From positions 1 to 64,000 of the IMG/VR virus record IMGVR_UViG_3300046665_000434: 64,000 bases of DNA, one strand, 5' to 3'. Position numbers and translations under genes: made by a program. The notes below the pieces were generated by a model that saw nothing but the letters and a program-made list of their open reading frames with translations, was not told where the DNA came from and did no database searches. Origin of the DNA: a virus. This document shows, one piece after another, positions 1 through 10,727 of the stretch (positions are counted from its first letter, which is position 1; each line of letters opens with the position of its first letter).

Positions 1-712
1 AGATAGACCGAAGGAACAGATCCAGCATGTCAGTAAACGTAGGCAGCTTAGTCTTGACGACGCCGGCGAGCGTGTCCAGATCTTCATGCAAAGCTTCAGG
101 TTTGCTGAGCTGCATGTTCTTGAACGTGTTCCACTTACCGGAGAGATTGTGAAACTCATTATTGAAAGCACCTTCACGGACTTTCTTGAATTCCTCAGCC
201 TGGGACGAGCCTGCGATGATGCGATCAACTTCTACCACGTACATTTGACATGCACGGAGTTTAGCAGACAGATCATCCACTGCTGCGGTCTTCTGGCCAG
301 ATTTGGTCAGGAAGTCCCACATCGAACGTAACGTATCCGCGATGTAGTCGATCACATCACGCAGGGCTTTGACTACTGCCTCGTAAGCGGTCCTGAAGAC
401 GCCTTCGGTCGACACGTCGTAGTTGATACGACTTGGCTCCTTACTGAAGCTATTGACCGGGTGTTTCTTGAGCAGCTTTTCGAGAGATGGGTACGTACCA
501 GCCAATTTCTTGACTTGCTCCATGTCGTCACGACAGACATGTTTACGTACGGTGATGTTATTCCAGATCCCGTATACCGTCTGCATATCTTCAAACGGTT
601 TGCCGAAGGTCGGGTTATCCGCTTCAGCTGTCAGCTCATCACCCGGCGCTGTATCGAAGTCGATCTCGCTGGATTCGAACGACAGGTTGCTCAAATCGAT
701 GGTAGTAGTCAT
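1..712 (-). CDS. Putative virion head protein (partial, runs off window start)
   Basis: Not in ORF track. ATG at 712-710 preceded by AAGGA; open frame MTTTIDLSNLSFESSEIDF... to the edge; acidic N-terminus with SFE and STE motifs typical of phiKZ-like processed head proteins. Confidence 0.7.
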   Translation of the reverse strand, partial: MTTTIDLSNLSFESSEIDFDTAPGDELTAEADNPTFGKPFEDMQTVYGIWNNITVRKHVCRDDMEQVKKLAGTYPSLEKLLKKHPVNSFSKEPSRINYDVSTEGVFRTAYEAVVKALRDVIDYIADTLRSMWDFLTKSGQKTAAVDDLSAKLRACQMYVVEVDRIIAGSSQAEEFKKVREGAFNNEFHNLSGKWNTFKNMQLSKPEALHEDLDTLAGVVKTKLPTFTDMLDLFLRSI

Positions 713-744
713 TTCACGTCCTTCAGTTGCGCGGTGTGTTGGTC

Positions 745-1182
745 TTAATCGGTAGCGAGACATTCGCGCAGGAAGTCTACAACCTTGCTCAGATCGCCGT
801 TACCGGTGAGGTTAAGATCGATCGATTCCGGAGCTACCTTATCCAGCGCAGCTTTGAACGGATTCGTCGAGTCAATGAACCAGCCTTGCTGCGGCCGATA
901 CGCCATGTTGTAACGTTCGGCGAACAGTACGTAACCGATCTCAAGAGCCCGGTCGACGTTGAACGTGACGGCTTCATTGATTTGGAAGTACTGGTCACGT
1001 ACGCCAGCGGCGTTTTCGAAGAAGTAGCCGCGGACAGCGTCGTTCTCGACAGGAGTGCCCGGCAGCTGGATTACCGTAGCCGCTGCGATCCCGAACAGTA
1101 CGGTGAGGCGCATGCTACGTTTATCGAAAGAAATACCTTCCGGTACTTCGCCAAGCAGAGCGTTGATTTTGATTGGGTTCAC
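745..1182 (-). CDS. Hypothetical protein, virion gene block
   Basis: 145 aa ORF with GAGGA RBS, packed between co-oriented genes. Confidence 0.7.
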   Translation of the reverse strand: MNPIKINALLGEVPEGISFDKRSMRLTVLFGIAAATVIQLPGTPVENDAVRGYFFENAAGVRDQYFQINEAVTFNVDRALEIGYVLFAERYNMAYRPQQGWFIDSTNPFKAALDKVAPESIDLNLTGNGDLSKVVDFLRECLATD

Positions 1183-1186
1183 GGAG

Positions 1187-2518
1187 TTATCCTCTCAGAG
1201 ATGCTGCAAGTTCGTACAAACGATTGTTCGCGAGCTCTTCTTTCTCGATCTCGCGATGGTTTTCATTCCTGACGCCGCTGAAGACATCAATCGCATAACG
1301 AGTGATAGTGCCCCAGATATCAGAGAGGTTGTGGACTTTGTCGAGCTCTTTATCGATCGTATCGATATCAGTCAGAGCCCGCTTTACTTCAGCATCGCTG
1401 AGTGACTTGTCGCGGAGCAAACCTACCAGCTCTCGGCGCTGCTGAGCGACCCGTTGAAGGGTAGTGTTGTAACCCTTCTCGCTGATACCGAAGATCAACG
1501 TATTGAGACCTAATGAAACACCAAATGACCACATCAGGTTTTTCACAGCCTCGAACACGACGATGCTAACGCCCTTACCGATGGAGCTGAACGGAAACGC
1601 CACCACGTTCAGGAAGTTGGTAGTGACGCCGATCCATACTGGATCATAACCCGCTTCAGCGAACAAGCCTTTACCGCGCTCAAGTTTACCGAGTGCTGTA
1701 GCGAGAGCTGACCCCATCATCCAACGAGAGACGTATTGGTCAGAGATCACTTCAGCCAAACGGATGTCGTACCAGCGACTACCCGCACGGTTCTGCATAC
1801 GCGTCCCCTGAGCCTTCACCAGCAACGCAAAGACTTCTGCGGTGTTGATGTCTTTAGGAACGTTGGGGTTAGCGCCAGTGATCTTCATCGCGGCCTGGAC
1901 AAACTCGAACCGCTTGTCGACGGTCTCTTGAGTATCCATTCGGCCAACGATCTCAGCCAGTACTACTGACGTCGATACAGTCTCGCCCATGAACTCACAC
2001 ATGGTCCAGAAGTGGCCAAGTTCGTGCAGATACAACGCACAGATCTCAGCACCGCTGAATGCGCCGTGCATGAACCGGTCACAGAACGTGATCTCAACAC
2101 CGATGGTGCTGAACCAGCCGCTCATCTTCCCGGTCTTACGATCAAGCTTACCATCGATCAAATCGATGAGCGTGACGTTGGCGAAGTCCATGGCCTCAAG
2201 GCGTTTAATAGCGCCACGGTTGAGAGGACTGAACGCATTAAAATCAGGCATCTTGATGCTGGCGCGATACGGTGCAGTCTTGCCCGGAGGAGCCTGAGTG
2301 ACGATGAAGGTAGACATCACGCCGGTGACATCGTACGTCAGGTCGGCGATCTTCTGAAGAGTCGGCACCATTTCGTGAACCTGCTCAGTAGCAATGAGTT
2401 CTTCGAAATAACCGGTCAACAGAGTGGGGAATTTAAGATCACGTTGGAAGGCAATCGCCTCCATGGATTCCTGTAAGGACATCATACGTTGCTGCTCCGA
2501 GTGTGGTAGCGGTCTCAT
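1187..2518 (-). CDS. Zincin (M48-like) metallopeptidase-domain virion protein
   Basis: LHELGH (HEXXH), downstream E..SD...G.ALATALGKL pattern, hydrophobic segment near C-terminus, SME motif near N-terminus. Confidence 0.7.
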   Translation of the reverse strand: MRPLPHSEQQRMMSLQESMEAIAFQRDLKFPTLLTGYFEELIATEQVHEMVPTLQKIADLTYDVTGVMSTFIVTQAPPGKTAPYRASIKMPDFNAFSPLNRGAIKRLEAMDFANVTLIDLIDGKLDRKTGKMSGWFSTIGVEITFCDRFMHGAFSGAEICALYLHELGHFWTMCEFMGETVSTSVVLAEIVGRMDTQETVDKRFEFVQAAMKITGANPNVPKDINTAEVFALLVKAQGTRMQNRAGSRWYDIRLAEVISDQYVSRWMMGSALATALGKLERGKGLFAEAGYDPVWIGVTTNFLNVVAFPFSSIGKGVSIVVFEAVKNLMWSFGVSLGLNTLIFGISEKGYNTTLQRVAQQRRELVGLLRDKSLSDAEVKRALTDIDTIDKELDKVHNLSDIWGTITRYAIDVFSGVRNENHREIEKEELANNRLYELAASLRG

Positions 2519-2597
2519 AGCAATTCCCCCGGTATTCGGGAGTGTAGTTTTTCAGTTCACAACACTATGCTCTAGAGGATTTGATTACACGAGGTAC

Positions 2598-4433
2598 ATG
2601 ATGTCAACCCAGTTAAGTCCAGCCGAAATTGATACCATCCTAAGGAAAGTTCCAAAGGATAAAATCCTCGCTAAGGAATGTAAACACGCCACGTATTCGA
2701 TGCACCGTGATGGCGAAAACCACGACATGCTCACCATCAAGGAATGGGTGACTGTAGAGATTGATGGGAAGGTCGAACGGTTCCCAACCGTACGTACCAA
2801 GCAAGATTACGAACGTCCCTATTGGTTGACGAAAGAACACTTGCGTACCCATCCTGACAAGATCGAATTCGAGGACATTGAAAACCTTGAGATGATCAAG
2901 GTGACGCAGATCATGCTGAAGCGCGATCTGGTTACCCGTCTCAAGAAAGGGCGTGCTAACGACCCTATCAAGATGATCGCTCAGAGCCCGTATGTGTACG
3001 GACTCGATACCAGTTCTGAAGTCTTCATGAAGCAGGCTTATCAGAACCGCTGGCCTGGACAGTTCGAGCCAAACAAAGTCAGCGTGGTCGACGCCGAGAC
3101 TGATGTAACCTGCATGCTGGACAAATCAGCCCAGTTGCCGATTCTGTGGTCCCTGGTGTCCGATACAGAGATCGTTCTCTATGTCAACAACGATTGGGCA
3201 GGGGATGTCTATAACTACGCTGAGAAAGTCACTGAAGAGTATTACGACGCTCTGCCTCAGTGGATGCTCGGTATCAAGAAGACGCTGTCTAACAAGAAGG
3301 GTGAATATCCTGCTTGGGTAGATGAGCTGGAGAAGCTGCCACTTCGAGTGGAGATGCACTCTAACCACTTCGATAATACCAAGGCGATGGTAGATCGGCT
3401 GCATTATACACAGCCAGATATCGTCACCGGTTGGAACGCCTTCTTCGACTTCAAAGTCATGGCGCTTTCTGCTGAGTACGCTGGATACGATCCTGCTGAT
3501 GTTCTTTCTGATTCTCGTGTTCCTTACGAGTACCGCGGCGCCCTGCTGCGCGAAGGTCAGAAGGTGAAGAAGATGTCGTCTGGTCGTGAAATGCGGCTGG
3601 AACCGCAGGAGCGTTGGAACGTCTTCATGAACACCGCTTCCTGGAAGGGCCAGGACGCCATGCAAGCCTATTGGCAGCTTCGTAAAGCCAAAGGTAAGGA
3701 ATCGGGAGGGTACGGCCTAGCAGCGGTCCTAGAACGCCACATGGGAGCTAGTAAGCTCAAGTACAAGACCGAAGATACAACCATCCCTGAAGGTACGCTC
3801 CACTGGCACATGGAGATGCAGCGTAAGTATAAGGTACGGTACGGTAACTACAACATCTTCGACTCCTTGAGTGTTAAAGTTCAGGACATGAAGAACCAAG
3901 ATCTTAGCAGCCAGATCAGTGCACTGGCGGGATCTCTGGATTATTCAAGTTTCAACTCGCAGCCAAAGATCAACGTGACCGACATGTTGTTCAGTGTTGC
4001 GAAGAAGCGCAAGAAGATTATCTGCTCGACTTCAAACTCGATGCGAGATGATCACGATAATCTCCTCTCCTCAAAGGAAGGATGGATTGTCACGTTCCCA
4101 TCGCACAACGTTGTTGATTCTGGACTGTTCCTGTTTCACGATATGCCGACCATTCGTTCTGTCATCCACATGTACGGCGCGGATGCTGACGTGGAGACGA
4201 CGTATCCTCGAGCAGAGATCATCCAGAACCTCTCGAAAGAAACAACGATGTTCGAACCATGTCAGGTGTACGGTATCGATCGCGAGACATTGCGGTTGGC
4301 ATCTATCAACTTGACTGGCGGTCGAGTCAACTCGATCGAGATCATGGAATCGGTTTGCGGCTGGCCTACCCTTGACGACATGCTTGCTTTCGCCAATGAA
4401 GAAATGACCACTGTACTTGAACACGCAGCATAA
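2598..4433 (+). CDS. Split family-B DNA polymerase, N-terminal part (3'-5' exonuclease plus motif A), phiKZ gp82-like
   Basis: ExoI VVDAETD, ExoII VTGWNAFFDF, ExoIII YNIFDS, motif A DADVETTYP; no motif B/C; start placed at ATG 2598 after GAGG RBS. Confidence 0.85.
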   Translation: MMSTQLSPAEIDTILRKVPKDKILAKECKHATYSMHRDGENHDMLTIKEWVTVEIDGKVERFPTVRTKQDYERPYWLTKEHLRTHPDKIEFEDIENLEMIKVTQIMLKRDLVTRLKKGRANDPIKMIAQSPYVYGLDTSSEVFMKQAYQNRWPGQFEPNKVSVVDAETDVTCMLDKSAQLPILWSLVSDTEIVLYVNNDWAGDVYNYAEKVTEEYYDALPQWMLGIKKTLSNKKGEYPAWVDELEKLPLRVEMHSNHFDNTKAMVDRLHYTQPDIVTGWNAFFDFKVMALSAEYAGYDPADVLSDSRVPYEYRGALLREGQKVKKMSSGREMRLEPQERWNVFMNTASWKGQDAMQAYWQLRKAKGKESGGYGLAAVLERHMGASKLKYKTEDTTIPEGTLHWHMEMQRKYKVRYGNYNIFDSLSVKVQDMKNQDLSSQISALAGSLDYSSFNSQPKINVTDMLFSVAKKRKKIICSTSNSMRDDHDNLLSSKEGWIVTFPSHNVVDSGLFLFHDMPTIRSVIHMYGADADVETTYPRAEIIQNLSKETTMFEPCQVYGIDRETLRLASINLTGGRVNSIEIMESVCGWPTLDDMLAFANEEMTTVLEHAA

Positions 4434-4437
4434 GAAT

Positions 4438-4469
4438 ATATCCACTCACCCGCAAGGGTGAGTGGATAT
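4438..4469. terminator. Perfect hairpin between convergent genes, likely bidirectional terminator
   Basis: ATATCCACTCACCC-GCAA-GGGTGAGTGGATAT, 14 bp stem. Confidence 0.8.
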
Positions 4470-4477
4470 CTAACGCA

Positions 4478-7435
4478 TCAATCTTGGTCAGAGTGGCGCT
4501 TGAAGTTCACCTCGATACCATCTACCACTGCGTAGGTGCCGTCGGGTTGTGCCTGCATTGCTTTTGCAAGACACAGTCTCGAAGACTCATCCAGAAGTGT
4601 GATGACATCAAAGTCGTTATCACGTCCACCAAGGCCAGTCAGCTTGATACCAACCGCGTCGATACCGACGTTGTTACGTACCAGATCTACCAGACCATCC
4701 CGAGCCACGACAGTGCTGTCAAGGCCGACCAGGATCTGTTCTTTACCAGTCGCCTCAAGAGACGCACGCAGATCAGCATCCTTGTAGACCTCGGCAGTGA
4801 CGAAGAACGTCAACACGAGATCCTGAGCGGTCAGCAATACCTTCTTCTCGCTATCGTCGACCAGACACTCGACGTACTTCAGCGTGTTGCGAGGCTGGAA
4901 TAGGATGTCCGTCTCTTCAAGGCACAGCGATGCAACGCCGGCCAGGGTTTCATTGATCCACGTTGCCAAGACTTTAGGCACCGCATCAGCGTAGGTTTTA
5001 TCAGGCGCGTATGTCGCGTACCGATAGACTGCGTCAAACAGACACATGTCCCACCAGCGCATGACGCTACGGCCAGTCTCAACCGTCGCTTCACCAGTCT
5101 CCGGATTAATGATGACCTGTCCTTTGTGATAAAGGATAGTCTTGTTACCGTCCCCATCCAAGATGAACGATCCTTTCGGATATTTGATCTTGAGCGATTT
5201 GTTGCCGTTCCCGTCGTCGACGATGATCGGCTTGCCCTCAGCATCCTTGTCGTAGATGTTACGATCGTACGTAGCGTATACGTCAGCAGGATAGGTGATG
5301 TACTTCGCCTCACCCACCATTCCCCGTGCACGAGTCCATAGACCGTAATTGATATCATCATCGATACCAAGCGAGTCGCCCAGTTTGACAGTGATCAGCT
5401 CATGGTAGAGACCGATCGATCCAGCAGGCAGCAGGAAGTCGCCAATGACGTCATCCACCTCAGTACGCTCAGCACCATCGACAGTATAGTTACTCACCGA
5501 CCAGATCAGCGAGAAGTCATTCTGAAGAGGTGTTGGGTAATCGCGTTCGATAGGCTCGAACATGTTGAAGTTGGTAGTCGTCAGTTGATGGTCTTTCGAC
5601 AGGTCCCAGTTTGTGTTGATTTGGAACTGGAAGATCCGCTCGCCAGACTTTGCAACCTGTACACCGTTGACGTAGGCGTAGTTACTTTCACCAACAGGTT
5701 TGAACGCCAGCTGGACATGCACCTGATCGTCGTTCAGCGCTTGCCACGCTTGGTTAGAGCTTGACTTGATCTGGATGACATACCCGTTCTCATTTTTGAT
5801 GATGGATCGAGTAGACGACGTACTGGCGGTCAACCCCAACGTATCGTTACTGGCAACGAAGGAGGTGACATCGAACGTCGGAGACGTCAGGTAGTACGGA
5901 CGGGCCTGGAACTCGTTGTTGCTGATGTCCAGGACGTAGTGCAGCGGGGTGTACAGATAACCATTACCGCTGATGGTGTTGACAAAGCCGTCCCCAGTCA
6001 TCAACTCCAGCGCTTTGCGATCATCGTCAGACACGATCTGCAAGACACCATCGACGTTGCGGAACAACGTCTTAGGCAGCACGGTGTAATGATCGCCATT
6101 GACAATCACTGTTTCAAGACCAACCAGATCCCTGATCGCATACTTGGCAGTCAGCACAGCAGCATCAATACCGGCAGTAGAACGACCACTTGCATTGTTT
6201 GGCATTGCACGACTGGCGAGATAGGTACGTTCCGTCACCATGTCCACAACCATCTTCGAATCAAACCCAAGATCTGCAAGCGTAGTGTTCATCTGCGCCG
6301 GAGAAATAGGAATGACCGAATCGCCGACCGAGTTTGTCAGCATCCGCTGACGACGCACGTCAAAGCTTGGGCGAGTAACACCGCCGGTGATTTCGTCACC
6401 ACCGATACTGATAGTCGACATCGAAGACAGTGGGGCTGAGTAGATCAGGTTATCTGACTCATCAAGGTCGATGTACTCACCCACGAAGTTATCCGCCGGC
6501 AGAGTGCTGATATCCATTTCAATTGGACCATCGCAGGTGTAGACATCAACCCGCAAATCACCGCGCACCAGACTGGTCGCAAAGTACACGTACGGCAACT
6601 CGATAGTCAACGTATCGTCGATTACCTTGAGCAGCAGCGTTGGGTCCTGTGCATCAAACACCTGGAGAGAGTGAGTGGTCTTGATCTCAGTCCATTGACC
6701 GCCCGGAGGACGACGGAAGGCACGAGTGTAGTAATAGTCGCTGTCGAGCGCCAACACTTTCTTCAGTGTCTTGGCACCAGTTAGCGAATACTTGTACGAG
6801 GTGTTCTTCATCTGCTTGAGGAACGTTCGCACACGGATCATGCGAATCGCACCGGCGTTGTTATCTGTCACGACCCTCGTGGTGTACGTGCCCCAGTCAA
6901 CTTTGTTACCGGCCAGGACTTGCAGAGGCGATGTTTGAGTGCCGTCATAGACAACATCCACACTGCCGTGCTTCTTGACGATATAGTTGATCGGATACTG
7001 GAAGGTAAAGATCTTACCCTGTACGGTGATCCGTGTGTGACGCGGGATGGTGAGCTTCTTGGTCCCCGTAGTGCCGACTTTGACTGCGAAGGTAAGAATC
7101 TCTTCCTCACTCATCCAGATGTCAAACCAGCAGCCTGCGGGAGAGCCGAACATCCCTTCGTATTCTTTATCAGAGAGGTTGGCGTTGAGGTCTTCTTCAG
7201 ACGCGGCCATTACCGGATATTGCTGATTGTTCAGCAAACGGTTCTCATCGATTGCACCAGCTGTCAGAATGACCTGAGCTTCTAGCAACTGAACGAAGGG
7301 GTTCGACGCATCTACCAGCAAGTTCTCGCCATTGAAAGCTGATTCGAGCTGAGTGGCCATGATCGAGATAGTACGAGTTGGCTCGTATTGTACTGCGACC
7401 ATCTGAGCCTTGATGTCATCAGATGTTAATGCCAT
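4478..7435 (-). CDS. Large virion structural protein (baseplate/tail type, phiKZ gp87-like by size and position)
   Basis: 985 aa ORF, GGAG RBS, beta-rich composition, position in the structural block. Confidence 0.65.
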   Translation of the reverse strand: MALTSDDIKAQMVAVQYEPTRTISIMATQLESAFNGENLLVDASNPFVQLLEAQVILTAGAIDENRLLNNQQYPVMAASEEDLNANLSDKEYEGMFGSPAGCWFDIWMSEEEILTFAVKVGTTGTKKLTIPRHTRITVQGKIFTFQYPINYIVKKHGSVDVVYDGTQTSPLQVLAGNKVDWGTYTTRVVTDNNAGAIRMIRVRTFLKQMKNTSYKYSLTGAKTLKKVLALDSDYYYTRAFRRPPGGQWTEIKTTHSLQVFDAQDPTLLLKVIDDTLTIELPYVYFATSLVRGDLRVDVYTCDGPIEMDISTLPADNFVGEYIDLDESDNLIYSAPLSSMSTISIGGDEITGGVTRPSFDVRRQRMLTNSVGDSVIPISPAQMNTTLADLGFDSKMVVDMVTERTYLASRAMPNNASGRSTAGIDAAVLTAKYAIRDLVGLETVIVNGDHYTVLPKTLFRNVDGVLQIVSDDDRKALELMTGDGFVNTISGNGYLYTPLHYVLDISNNEFQARPYYLTSPTFDVTSFVASNDTLGLTASTSSTRSIIKNENGYVIQIKSSSNQAWQALNDDQVHVQLAFKPVGESNYAYVNGVQVAKSGERIFQFQINTNWDLSKDHQLTTTNFNMFEPIERDYPTPLQNDFSLIWSVSNYTVDGAERTEVDDVIGDFLLPAGSIGLYHELITVKLGDSLGIDDDINYGLWTRARGMVGEAKYITYPADVYATYDRNIYDKDAEGKPIIVDDGNGNKSLKIKYPKGSFILDGDGNKTILYHKGQVIINPETGEATVETGRSVMRWWDMCLFDAVYRYATYAPDKTYADAVPKVLATWINETLAGVASLCLEETDILFQPRNTLKYVECLVDDSEKKVLLTAQDLVLTFFVTAEVYKDADLRASLEATGKEQILVGLDSTVVARDGLVDLVRNNVGIDAVGIKLTGLGGRDNDFDVITLLDESSRLCLAKAMQAQPDGTYAVVDGIEVNFKRHSDQD

Positions 7436-7446
7436 ACATCACTCCG

Positions 7447-8520
7447 TTATAGACCTTTGGTCAGTTGGGTATAGGTGGCATCATCCAACCACCATTCGAG
7501 CTCCATGGTAGCAGGCTCGATGCGAGGATAGCCGTTGTAGTTGGTCGCGACCAGATACTGGTTTGGGATCTTCTTGTATTTCTGCGACCGTACAGCATCG
7601 GCCATGCCGGAGTTGTAACGTTGAATGCGTTCGTTGAACTCGATAATCTGGATAGGGTCGTTATAAACGGCACCGACCGAGGCGAACTGAACCGAGATTT
7701 GTTTGTTCTCGTATTCCAGAGCTTCCTCACGGTTAAAGCCAAAGCCTGCACCAATAGAAAGGTTAGTAGGAAAGCTTGCTCCGGTGTGGAACCATTGCTC
7801 TACCTTACGTCCAGTCACATCGAGTTTGTACCGTTCAATACGAGTGAAGTAATCCATCTCGTTTTGAATACGTTGCTGAGGGTGAGGAACGAGAGGACCC
7901 ACTCGCAAACCACTGATGTAGATGATCCAGGCGTGCAACATCGCAAGTACCGGATTACCTTTTGGGTTGTTGAACGTGCAGGTGATGTCGTACTTGCCGT
8001 TGTACTCAGCAATACTGTCGTTCATCATCCACGATTCTTTACGCGCTCCTTCTGGAGAGACGTACGTGTTCAACCCGATATCAGGTGGAGCACTCATCGT
8101 GGAAATGGTGTTTGTCAGCAACGTGATGTACGGGTTATAACGATCCACCAATGGCGACGGTTTCGCACCAGATCCGTAGGTAATTGGATCGAGCATCATC
8201 CTTACAGCGTATTGATATGTTGACGGGTCCTGTGTCATCAATGCCGCAAGAGTCCGCACGTTACTGATGTTGTCGTAAGAAAGATTCAAGTGAGGGCGGG
8301 TAAATAATACAAGCCCTTGTGACTCTCGATGAATAGGCAGAGGCGCCAATCCCGGCAATCTGTTGATTCCGTAGAAGATGTCACTGTAGCGACTGTACTC
8401 AGCACCAGCACCCATTGTCCTCGAGATGTTGTCCATGAGGGCATACTGGTCGTCAAGACCACCAGTGTCGGCGACATGTTTCATGATGTCGGCATAAAGA
8501 AAATCGGTTGAAGCTCCCAT
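7447..8520 (-). CDS. Virion structural protein (phiKZ gp88-like by position)
   Basis: 357 aa ORF, GGAG RBS, divergent from head protein operon. Confidence 0.6.
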   Translation of the reverse strand: MGASTDFLYADIMKHVADTGGLDDQYALMDNISRTMGAGAEYSRYSDIFYGINRLPGLAPLPIHRESQGLVLFTRPHLNLSYDNISNVRTLAALMTQDPSTYQYAVRMMLDPITYGSGAKPSPLVDRYNPYITLLTNTISTMSAPPDIGLNTYVSPEGARKESWMMNDSIAEYNGKYDITCTFNNPKGNPVLAMLHAWIIYISGLRVGPLVPHPQQRIQNEMDYFTRIERYKLDVTGRKVEQWFHTGASFPTNLSIGAGFGFNREEALEYENKQISVQFASVGAVYNDPIQIIEFNERIQRYNSGMADAVRSQKYKKIPNQYLVATNYNGYPRIEPATMELEWWLDDATYTQLTKGL

Positions 8521-8600
8521 GGCTACTCCGTAATCAAACAGTTATTAAGCCTGCGCAGATACAGCAGGCAGTATCCCTCTCGCATTACCAGGAGATCGTA

Positions 8601-9794
8601 ATGAGTATTGGTGCTATCTTCAAGGCCGCAGGCATCATCGCAGGAGGGGCTATCCTTACCAAGGTTGTCGATAAGGTCGCCGACGGTTTGGCTAACTCCT
8701 CGCTGAACAAAGTGGCGAACGCTCTCAACACGGCTTGGCAAGCAGGCGCTGGTCAGAACTACGTATCGAAAACCAAATCGGTACGTGTCGAACCCTATTG
8801 CCTGATCGACAGCCGTGCAGTTCGTCTGCCGTTCATCAAAGACGTCATGAACGTCGCCCAGCGACAATTCACCAGCCTTTATCTGCTCTCCGTGGCGAGC
8901 GACAACACCATCAGTGGTGTGAAGGTTTCGAAGTACCTCGACAAATTCGCTCCTGACCGGGATTTGAACGCGGCCACAGCTAACTTCCTTTCCACCGAAT
9001 CATATCAATTAGGCTTGCCTTTTGTCGGCGAAGCTGCTGGTCTGAAACGCTGGGGTACTTACAGTACCGAAGACAATAGCCCGCTCTCTTCTGACAGCAA
9101 GTCGGACAGTGGCAACGCCTTCGGTGGCGGTACATCGAAGTTGGTCCAAGACATCGGTAACCTGGCTATCGGTCAGATCGTCGACGTTACCATGACCGAC
9201 GGCCAGAACAAGGCAACCATCCCTGTCCTGATCAAGCTGCGCCCTCTGGGCATGGAACCGGTTACTCTGGTCGAGATGCTGTCCCTGTACGGCCCAGACA
9301 GTCGTAGCGACGTGCGGTGGCGCAAGTATCGCCTAGGCGAGATCGAGCTCCTGCGTGATCTGGTAGCAGGTCAGGATCGCATCGATGCGTATCGTCGTGC
9401 AGCCATGGCCGACAAGTCGGGTTACTTCCGCAAAGCTCACCAACGCGCTGACAAGAGCCTGTTGGCTACTCTGCTGACCGGCACTCCATCGATCGGTGAC
9501 GTATCGTCGATCTGCATCATCGGCAAGGAAACCCAGCGTGAGCTGGAAGAGAAGATGGGTGGCCGTTTCACCGACTTCAACCTGCGCCAGCGAATGTTCG
9601 AAGGCGGCATTCTGTTGCTGCTCTATGTCGTGGACTCGGATATGGAAACCGTTACCGTGTATACCCGCGATATCGAGGACTACGGTATCTACACCCTGCG
9701 TGACATCAAATCGGCAGGTCCACAAACCGGTAACGGCGATCTGACCGACGTCATGAAGAGCTACCTGGAAGGCCGTATTCCAGGTCGTCTGTAA
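8601..9794 (+). CDS. Inner head/inner body protein (phiKZ gp89-like by position)
   Basis: ATG 8601 after AGGAG; two STE motifs; strong codon bias. Confidence 0.65.
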   Translation: MSIGAIFKAAGIIAGGAILTKVVDKVADGLANSSLNKVANALNTAWQAGAGQNYVSKTKSVRVEPYCLIDSRAVRLPFIKDVMNVAQRQFTSLYLLSVASDNTISGVKVSKYLDKFAPDRDLNAATANFLSTESYQLGLPFVGEAAGLKRWGTYSTEDNSPLSSDSKSDSGNAFGGGTSKLVQDIGNLAIGQIVDVTMTDGQNKATIPVLIKLRPLGMEPVTLVEMLSLYGPDSRSDVRWRKYRLGEIELLRDLVAGQDRIDAYRRAAMADKSGYFRKAHQRADKSLLATLLTGTPSIGDVSSICIIGKETQRELEEKMGGRFTDFNLRQRMFEGGILLLLYVVDSDMETVTVYTRDIEDYGIYTLRDIKSAGPQTGNGDLTDVMKSYLEGRIPGRL

Positions 9795-9818
9795 CCCTGC
9801 CTAGAGAGTCCTCACGAC

Positions 9819-10727
9819 ATGAGTATCCTTTCCTTCATCGCCAATCTCATTCCTTCGTTTGGACGAAAGGATGTGAAAGGTAAGATCAAGATCATCGCCA
9901 AGAAACTGATGGACCACGTCCTTCCGTCTCTGAAGTTGGTCGAGCAGGACTTGAATCCTGCGGCGTTCAAAACCACGTACGCTCGTGACTTCCACAAGGA
10001 TCTCGCAAGCGTGCTACCTCCTGGCCTTCGTAACGCTCCGGGCGTGGCTTACTTCAAGCTCACAGCCATTGCTGTCGAACATGCTCGTAAGCTCTTGGAT
10101 CTGCTCGATCAATACGTTGACAAGAACGTAAACGATCAGATCCATGTGGAAGGGATTACCTATCAGAAAGCCTCCATCCTGCGGCTGATCGATCTACTGG
10201 ACTTCTTCGCGGAATACAGTAGCCGACATCTGTCGTTCTTGGTGGCGTCTGAAACCAACATCGAAGCCTTCGGCCTCGGCGACGGTAACCCGTTCACGCC
10301 AAACGATCTCAAGTATCTGACTTCGAACCGGGGATCGTATTTGAGGCTATTGAATCTGCTCAATGGTGATCCCAAGAAGGTCCTGGGCGATATCGAAAAG
10401 ATCCCCGAGATCTTGGTTGCCGAGACGGACATGTCCGCTGTGCCTGCATTGGCCGGCGCTGCCTCCGATCCTCTGCAACTGAACGCCATCCCGATCATCT
10501 CCGGCCTGTTCTACTATCAGGGCATCCGGAGCACCGATTGGGATATCGAGAAGTTCGAGTGCATGAAGAGCGATGCTCGTTTGATCGAGCTGCGTTTGGA
10601 AGCACTGCGTAACCGTCGGTCTCGTGGCGCTCCTGATGCCCAGGAAGAAACAATCATTCATGGTTACGAAGGCGAATTGACGTTGGCCCGTCAGCGCATC
10701 AAGACCATGGAGGAGAAACTACGATGA
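9819..10727 (+). CDS. Head protein (phiKZ gp90-like by size and position)
   Basis: 302 aa helical ORF in head operon. Confidence 0.6.
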   Translation: MSILSFIANLIPSFGRKDVKGKIKIIAKKLMDHVLPSLKLVEQDLNPAAFKTTYARDFHKDLASVLPPGLRNAPGVAYFKLTAIAVEHARKLLDLLDQYVDKNVNDQIHVEGITYQKASILRLIDLLDFFAEYSSRHLSFLVASETNIEAFGLGDGNPFTPNDLKYLTSNRGSYLRLLNLLNGDPKKVLGDIEKIPEILVAETDMSAVPALAGAASDPLQLNAIPIISGLFYYQGIRSTDWDIEKFECMKSDARLIELRLEALRNRRSRGAPDAQEETIIHGYEGELTLARQRIKTMEEKLR

